Assembly (NCBI GenBank): GCA_902495455.1 | Contig: CABUXJ010000010.1 | Span: 15,166 to 79,165, forward strand | Direction of reading: 5' to 3' | From: an uncultured Prevotella sp. | GTDB taxonomy: Bacteria; Bacteroidota; Bacteroidia; Bacteroidales; Bacteroidaceae | DNA length: 64,000 bases | Part shown: positions 58,250-64,000 of the stretch, one piece after another | Position numbering within the stretch: position 1 is the stretch's first letter | Layout: the number at the start of each line of letters is the position of its first letter | Notes under the pieces: model-generated | Seen by the model: the letters and a program-made list of their open reading frames with translations, nothing else | What the model was told of the DNA's origin: nothing | Databases searched by the model: none | Program-made: the position numbers and the translations under genes

Positions 58250-59182
58250 TCAATCGTTGTTGCTGCTGTCGAAAAGTCGTTTCTTCTCTTCCTTGGTCAG
58301 ACTGTCATATCCACTCTTGCGTATCTTGTCCAATATCTGGTCCACTTCGTCCTGACGGGCTTTCTTGCGGGCATTATATTCCCAGTCGGATTCACGGCTG
58401 CCGCCCTGTTCGACGTGCATATCGGCGAAACGGCCGTCGTCCGGCCGCCTGTCGCGCGAGAACATGCGGCGTATCGAGTCCGTCAAGGAACTGCCGCCGG
58501 AACGACCTCCACCTCCGCTGACACCGGACTGACGTCGCCAATAGCGTATCATCAGGAAGCCGAACAGCATACCGCCGAGGTGGGCCGTATGGGCCACGCC
58601 GTCGCCCGGAGAGCTGAGCGTGTAGAAGAGTTCGATGACGACATAGAACGTTACGAACCACTTGGCTTTTATCGGGATGGGCAGCGGAAAAATGAAAATG
58701 CGCTCTTCGGGAAATATCATGCCGAAAGCCAGCAGTATCGCATAGACCGCGCCGGAAGCCCCGACCGTGGTCCAAAGATTCAGTTGACGGGAGACATAGT
58801 CGGGCATGGAAAACATGTCGAGCAGCCCCGCGGACGGCATGTTCTCGGCGAAGATGGTATAGAACTGGACCAGCTGGGCCACCTCCTGCATCAGTCCGGC
58901 ACCAATGCCGCACGACAGATAGTAGAACAGAAAGCGGCGCGGCCCCCAGACGCTCTCTATCACACGTCCGAACATCCACAGGGCAAACATGTTGAACAGG
59001 ATGTGCGTGAACCCGCCGTGCAAAAACATGTACGTCAGAAGCTGGTAGGGGTGGAAGTCACTCGCAAGAAAGAAATGGAGTCCACCAATAGAGGTGAGTC
59101 CGGGCATCACCAACGTGGCAAGAAATGCGATAACGTTGATGAGCAGCAGATTTCTGGTCACCGTCGGTATGTTGTTGAACAT
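58250..59182 (-). CDS. Rhomboid intramembrane serine protease with C-terminal DUF6576-like domain
   Basis: TYMFLH, HILFNM, GASG, AHLGG; tail ILDKI..SGYDSL. Confidence 0.92.
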   Translation of the reverse strand: MFNNIPTVTRNLLLINVIAFLATLVMPGLTSIGGLHFFLASDFHPYQLLTYMFLHGGFTHILFNMFALWMFGRVIESVWGPRRFLFYYLSCGIGAGLMQEVAQLVQFYTIFAENMPSAGLLDMFSMPDYVSRQLNLWTTVGASGAVYAILLAFGMIFPEERIFIFPLPIPIKAKWFVTFYVVIELFYTLSSPGDGVAHTAHLGGMLFGFLMIRYWRRQSGVSGGGGRSGGSSLTDSIRRMFSRDRRPDDGRFADMHVEQGGSRESDWEYNARKKARQDEVDQILDKIRKSGYDSLTKEEKKRLFDSSNND

Positions 59183-59409
59183 GATGATTATACGTCTTTT
59201 TTCTTAGTCAATAAATATACTCGTTACAGGCGCAAAATTACGAAAAATATCCGTCAAACGGCATGAAAAGCCCTCAGTACAGACTAATTTTCCATAAAAA
59301 TATCATTTTTTTTACGTTTTTGTTTGTTTTTCGGAATGTTTCCTCTATATTTGCGAAGAGATTTTGACAAATCGTATCTAATTATTAATATCAAACTAAA
59401 ACGAAGATT

Positions 59410-59682
59410 ATGAACAAGACAGAATTAATCGAGAAGATTGCAGCCGGTTCAGGTCTGACAAAGACTGACGCAAAGAAGGCTCTCGATGCAACGGTAGCAG
59501 CTCTGAAAGAGGCTCTCATCGCAGGTGACAAAGTGGCCCTGATCGGCTTCGGAACATTCAGCGTCAACGAACGTCCGGCCCGCGAAGGTATCAACCCCGC
59601 TACGAAGCAGAAGATACAGATCGCTGCCAAGAAGGTTGCCAAGTTTAAGGCCGGCGCTGAACTGGCTGATGCCATCAACTAA
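59410..59682 (+). CDS. hup: HU family DNA-binding protein
   Basis: MNKTELI, GFGTF, REGINP.T, KFKAG; TATATTTG box at 59346. Confidence 0.96.
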   Translation: MNKTELIEKIAAGSGLTKTDAKKALDATVAALKEALIAGDKVALIGFGTFSVNERPAREGINPATKQKIQIAAKKVAKFKAGAELADAIN

Positions 59683-59726
59683 GATAAGCAGAAAACTCTC
59701 TTCTGAAATCAACGAAGAAGAAACAG

Positions 59727-59764
59727 AGTGAGGTTTCGCCACAGGGCGGAATCTCACTTTTTTT
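59727..59764 (+). terminator. Intrinsic terminator of HU
   Basis: AGTGAGGTTTCGCC/GGCGGAATCTCACT followed by a T-run. Confidence 0.8.
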
Positions 59765-59852
59765 GCTGTTACGCCAACATCCCGTCACTATGACGCCAAC
59801 ACCCTGCACGGCGGGAAGCATGGCCCACGGAGCGCCACGTGACACGACGGAG

Positions 59853-59899
59853 AAAGAAAAGAGGAGTGGAAAATCCCGAGCAATGGATTTTCCACTCCT
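59853..59899 (-). terminator. Intrinsic terminator of the flavodoxin-DUF362 unit
   Basis: AGGAGTGGAAAATC/GATTTTCCACTCCT with a T-rich tail on the minus strand. Confidence 0.7.
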
Positions 59900-60037
59900 A
59901 TTGTTTAGCCAGTTGACTGTTCAGCCCGTTGTGTCGGCTCTGCTTATGATCAAAACACAAACGCTTTGTTTTAAAGTTACCCTGTTACCTATTTACAATC
60001 TCTATACGATCCTATATGGTTCAGGAGGAACTTCCCT

Positions 60038-61129
60038 CTATTTCACGACCGTCTTCTGACCATTGACGATATACACTCCGGCCGTGAGCGAGTCAATGGC
60101 CGTGGCCATCGAAAGGACGCGCTTGCCGTCGACGGTATATACATTATATATCGGTGTGCCCTTGTCGCTGATAGTCTTGTCGACGGAGGCCTGATTATCA
60201 AGGTCGATGAGATTGTAGGCCTGTGTTCCCAGCCCGATCTGCTCACCATATTCCACCGTCCACGTGCCATGAAGATTGGTGATGCGCTGTTGCAGCGGCA
60301 CGGCGGTGTCGCCGGTGGTGTTGTCGTGGTTGAAGACGAGATCGAGACACGCCTTGTCGAGCGCGATGGGGTCGGTCGAGGCAAGGATACCGACGTCGGC
60401 CATCTGCGGCTTCGACGGATTGCCGTCACAGTCGCAGTCGACGGACAGGTTGTTCATGACGTTGATGTAGAGCACCTTTCCGCCGAAATAGTCGTGGACG
60501 CCCTGCGCCGCTGCGGCCATGCTCTCAAGGAACGGGTCCTGCTCCCCACCCCACGGATTGGTCGTCGAGCGGCCGCCGGAATGAATATAGCTCTTTCCGC
60601 TCTTCGACGCCACGCCGATGGAGGCGTTCTTCAGGACACCGCCGAAACCGCCCATAGCGTGGCCCTTGAAGTGGGCGAGATTGATCATGAAGTCGTAGTT
60701 GGCCAGGTGGCTGCCGACGATGTCATACTTTATGTGCTTCGTGTCCTTCACGGGGATATTCATCGTCCCCTCCTCGTCCATGATGTCGACCGTGGCAATC
60801 CGGTCATAACCGCGCTCGCTGATTGCGCGGCGGTGGGCCTCTGTGGTCGAGCGGTTGCCGCCATAGGCCGTGTTACACTCCACGATGGTGGCCTTAGTCT
60901 CGTCGACCAGCGGCTTGATGAACGCCGGACGCAGATGATTTGAACGCTCGCTCTCGCCAGTACTGATTTTCAGGGCCACGCGCCCCGTGGCCTCAACGCT
61001 CAGCGCGCGGTAGATGCTGACGAGCGATTCGGGTGTGATGTTCTTCGTGAACAGCACCGTGGCCCGCTCCTGAGCCGCTGCCGGAATGGCCAGCAGGACG
61101 GCCGCTGCGATAATAAGTCGTCTTTTCAT
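60038..61129 (-). CDS. Secreted DUF362-family protein with T9SS-like C-terminal tail
   Basis: Signal peptide; KISTGE, ECNT.Y, HFKGH.MGGFGG.LKN, DCDC, ASTDPIALD.AC; tail VYTVDGKR...GVYIVNGQKTVVK. Confidence 0.8.
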   Translation of the reverse strand: MKRRLIIAAAVLLAIPAAAQERATVLFTKNITPESLVSIYRALSVEATGRVALKISTGESERSNHLRPAFIKPLVDETKATIVECNTAYGGNRSTTEAHRRAISERGYDRIATVDIMDEEGTMNIPVKDTKHIKYDIVGSHLANYDFMINLAHFKGHAMGGFGGVLKNASIGVASKSGKSYIHSGGRSTTNPWGGEQDPFLESMAAAAQGVHDYFGGKVLYINVMNNLSVDCDCDGNPSKPQMADVGILASTDPIALDKACLDLVFNHDNTTGDTAVPLQQRITNLHGTWTVEYGEQIGLGTQAYNLIDLDNQASVDKTISDKGTPIYNVYTVDGKRVLSMATAIDSLTAGVYIVNGQKTVVK

Positions 61130-61143
61130 ATTCTCGTTTCTCC

Positions 61144-61743
61144 TTATTTAATTGTCATTTTCTCCCTCAGCTTCTTCGCCTCCGCGCGGCTCGTCGCCAT
61201 GCCCTCATAGCTGAAGCCGTACATCTTTGCAAAACGGCTCATGCTGTATTCGCCGTCATCAATCATCATCTTGGTCGGCGCGGCGCCCTGATAGATGAAG
61301 AAAAGGCGCTTGCCCTTGAACACTCCCTCGGGTATGGTGCCGTAGAAGCGCTCCATCAGCGTGCGCACCGAAGCGCAGATGTTGTGCCAATAGACCGGCG
61401 AGCCCATCACGACGATGTCGGCCTGACGCATCTTTGCGACGACATCGTCAAATTGGTCGCCGTCGAGCGCCTGTCCGTAGAAGTTGATACGGTAGTCGTT
61501 GAGGTTGAGTGTCTCAAACTCCCGACCCTCAAGCAGCACGCCCGCCATAGCCGCCGTGTTTCCGTCGCGGTTGGGACTGCCGTTGATGAAGAGAATTTTC
61601 TCTGTCTTTGCTGTCTCTTTCATTGCTGTTTCATTTTTGTTCTCACTCTTGCAGTTGGCTCCGAACAGCGTGCCGAACAGCACGACGAGAGCCATCGATA
61701 ATCTCCTGATGTTCATAAAAGCCGATATTTTATCTTGTTTCAT
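61144..61743 (-). CDS. Flavodoxin-like (NAD(P)H-dependent FMN reductase family) probable lipoprotein
   Basis: INGSPN..GNT, GSPVYW; hydrophobic stretch ending GANC; exact start uncertain. Confidence 0.8.
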   Translation of the reverse strand: MKQDKISAFMNIRRLSMALVVLFGTLFGANCKSENKNETAMKETAKTEKILFINGSPNRDGNTAAMAGVLLEGREFETLNLNDYRINFYGQALDGDQFDDVVAKMRQADIVVMGSPVYWHNICASVRTLMERFYGTIPEGVFKGKRLFFIYQGAAPTKMMIDDGEYSMSRFAKMYGFSYEGMATSRAEAKKLREKMTIK

Positions 61744-62036
61744 TATCGTTGTAGTCTTCGCTGCATATCCGTCCCGTGACTTTATCACGCCTGTTCCGTG
61801 GCGTCACCGCCAGCGGCCTGTTGTCTTCATCACACCACGAGGCAACACCCTGATAACCAGCGGTCTTTCGTCACCTCACCGGCCACGCTGCAAAATAACG
61901 ACAAATCCCCGAAATTGCCATTATACAAATTTCGGGGATTATTACCAATAATACGTTTTAAGGCCGCCGTTGGATGACACGATGGAAGCGACGGGCCGAT
62001 TTTTCTTTCTCCTTTCTCAATTAGGAGAACGCCTGA

Positions 62037-63308
62037 CTATTCCCTGAGACACCCCACCGGCACGACCCAGACACCATCGGCGCGGCGGTATGCGTATTCA
62101 CCACCGGTGAGAACCATGAGAAATGACGGCGCTCCCATCTTATCGGAGTCTACCTTTTCCGCCAGTTTCTTCAGGTTTTCAGCCGCCTCTTCTATCTGCC
62201 GGCTTCCGAGTTTGACCTCTACAGCAGCCCATCGTCCGTCGCGGAGCGCCACAATCATATCCGCTTCAAGATTATTCCGGTCGCGGTAGTGAAAGACATC
62301 ACCGTCGTTGGCCTGAGCATATATCTTCATGTCACGATGGCACAGCGACTCAAAAAGGAACCCGAACGTATTGAAGTCTTCGAGCAGCCTGTCCGGCCCT
62401 GTACGCAACACAGCCGCCGCTATCGACGGGTCGACAAAGTTGCGTTTGACCGACGTACGCAACGCGCTCTTCGACCTCATGGCCGGAGACCACGCCGGTG
62501 TGTCATCAATGACAAAGATGCGGCGCAAGGCGTTGAGATAGGAATCGAAAGTTGGGGCTGTCATCGAGGTTTCCGATGCTGCCATGTCCTGAATTATCGT
62601 CGTATTTGAAGCCATCGTGCACACGTTCCGGGACAGCGATCTCAGCAGATTGAAGACCCGCTGCGGATTGCGCTCCACGCCGTCAACCCTTGAGACATCC
62701 TCTTCAACAATCGCATCCACATAGTTTCGTGCCACCTCCAAGGCGTCTTCCTTCGGAAAGGAAAGCGACGCCGGCCACCCTCCGCGGCATATCGCGTAGG
62801 AAATGTCCTGTATCGAGAGCGAGGACATGACCCCGTCGTCCTGCGTACCGGCAAAAAGCCGCCCCAACGAGATTTCACCCGAAGATTCTCCGGACTCAAA
62901 CAGGCTCATCGTACGCATCATCACACGTGATATGCGCCCCGTTCCTGTGTGGGCCGTAGCGTTGTCTCTCGGCACGGCGGACCCCGTGAGGATGAACTGC
63001 CCCGGTATCCGCCGCCTGTCAACCTCGGCACGGACGGCATCCCACAGCACGGGAGCCATCTGCCATTCGTCGATTAACCGCGGCACGTCACCCTTCAGAA
63101 GCATCGACGGTTTGGTGTCGGCCATCACCATGTATGCCCGCGAGTGGTCCACATCCTGCATATAGATTACGCTGCCGGCAAGCTGCTCGGCACTCATCGT
63201 CTTCCCGCACCATTTACATCCGGTTATCAACAGTGCGCCGGAAGAACGGAGCTTCTTCTCCAGCAACCTGTCGCTGATTCTCGATATATACTTCGGTTCT
63301 TTGCTCAT
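62037..63308 (-). CDS. AAA_14-type ATPase with DUF4143 and PD-(D/E)xK-like C-terminus
   Basis: GCKWCGKT, IDEWQ, ILTGS, GGWP, FESL, EAD...VEVK; TATCTTTG box at 63327-63334 supports a start at 63308. Confidence 0.88.
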   Translation of the reverse strand: MSKEPKYISRISDRLLEKKLRSSGALLITGCKWCGKTMSAEQLAGSVIYMQDVDHSRAYMVMADTKPSMLLKGDVPRLIDEWQMAPVLWDAVRAEVDRRRIPGQFILTGSAVPRDNATAHTGTGRISRVMMRTMSLFESGESSGEISLGRLFAGTQDDGVMSSLSIQDISYAICRGGWPASLSFPKEDALEVARNYVDAIVEEDVSRVDGVERNPQRVFNLLRSLSRNVCTMASNTTIIQDMAASETSMTAPTFDSYLNALRRIFVIDDTPAWSPAMRSKSALRTSVKRNFVDPSIAAAVLRTGPDRLLEDFNTFGFLFESLCHRDMKIYAQANDGDVFHYRDRNNLEADMIVALRDGRWAAVEVKLGSRQIEEAAENLKKLAEKVDSDKMGAPSFLMVLTGGEYAYRRADGVWVVPVGCLRE

Positions 63309-63359
63309 AATCAGGCTTTTAGATTGCAAAGATAACAATAATTTTATGATTTGACACCC

Positions 63360-63426
63360 TTTTACTTTAAAGTTTGACGGGATTTTACTTTAAACTTTGA
63401 CGGTGTTTTACTTTAAAGATTGACGG
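63360..63426. repeat. Three 23-bp-period direct repeats TTTTACTTTAAAnnTTGACGG
   Basis: Starts at 63360, 63383 and 63406. Confidence 0.9.
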
Positions 63427-63449
63427 AACGTTCCGCTTGAAACAATGCT

Positions 63450-63677
63450 TTACTTCCTCTTCTTCTGCATCTCTATCCACAGTTCGTCGGCAAGATATCT
63501 GTCACTACGGCAATGAAGGTCGGCAACACCGTCCTCGATGAGTTCGGCCGTGACCGATTTGTAGTAATCATCGGCAGCTTCTTCCAGCGGGACACCATGT
63601 TCCTTGCTGTAGATATCGATGATGCGCGCTATCTTCATATCCAGCACAATGCGCTTTCCGCTATCCTCTGTTTTCAT
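63450..63677 (-). CDS. DUF3791-like small protein
   Basis: KIARII...EEA.D.YY.S.T..LI..GVADLHCRSD.YLADE. Confidence 0.7.
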   Translation of the reverse strand: MKTEDSGKRIVLDMKIARIIDIYSKEHGVPLEEAADDYYKSVTAELIEDGVADLHCRSDRYLADELWIEMQKKRK

Positions 63678-63681
63678 AATC

Positions 63682-63900
63682 TTATGGCTCCAACACTCCT
63701 TTCTTCCTCATGAAGTCCGTGATATCGTCCACGATATATCCGGAACTGAACGTGTGAAGCACGTCGTAGCTCGGTATTATATAGCCGTAGAGTATGCCGG
63801 AAGTTTTCAGCCGGCTGTAGACATCGTTGCGCGAGAGGCCATGACGGCCGGCCACGGCCCCGATACAGAAAGTGACAAATTCCAGTACGTCCCTGTTCAT
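63682..63900 (-). CDS. DUF3791-like small protein
   Basis: LEFVTFCI...YIIPSYDVLHT....YIVDDI. Confidence 0.75.
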   Translation of the reverse strand: MNRDVLEFVTFCIGAVAGRHGLSRNDVYSRLKTSGILYGYIIPSYDVLHTFSSGYIVDDITDFMRKKGVLEP

Positions 63901-64000
63901 AACGGTTTCTCCGCACGCGCTTTATCGCCCGCGGAGTATCGGCAAAAATACGAAAAATAATTCAGAACATTGCTGAAAGGAAAGGAAAACAGCCGTATTA

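Noticed and set aside
59900..60037. Possible ncRNA between the DUF362 stop and its terminator
   Set aside because: No recognisable motif or convincing structure; may simply be a long 3' UTR.
61745..61960. Possible riboswitch in the flavodoxin leader
   Set aside because: I could not find the conserved core of FMN, cobalamin, TPP or SAM riboswitches by eye.

Overview
Core-chromosome window from a Bacteroidales genome, most likely Prevotellaceae (TAnnTTTG promoter boxes, porZ plus T9SS-type C-termini, secDF fusion, DUF4492-cydAB). It carries mostly housekeeping genes: an RND efflux operon, nadA, porZ, rdgB, leuS, an N-acyl-ornithine carbamoyltransferase, gltBD, metG-wzx-GT14-LicD, xseAB, cydAB, tRNA-Arg(CCT), secDF and HU. 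I found no transposase, integrase or CRISPR array. Five things stand out. (1) At least six distinct palindromic repeat families fill the intergenic spaces and have also entered proteins in frame (GltB, a C26-M19 peptidase fusion, an M28 lipoprotein signal peptide); they also supply several stop codons. (2) A ~524-bp element occurs four times, with an exact 22-bp-period core and a positionally conserved small ORF. (3) A secreted surface protein gene has its signal peptide frameshifted at a G9 tract (candidate phase variation) and is followed by an unannotated 57-aa YxxP peptide. (4) A DnaA-box cluster upstream of nadA looks like oriC. (5) Two phased triple direct-repeat arrays are present. Family names come from motif recognition, not database searches; repeat labels R1-R6 and L are my own.
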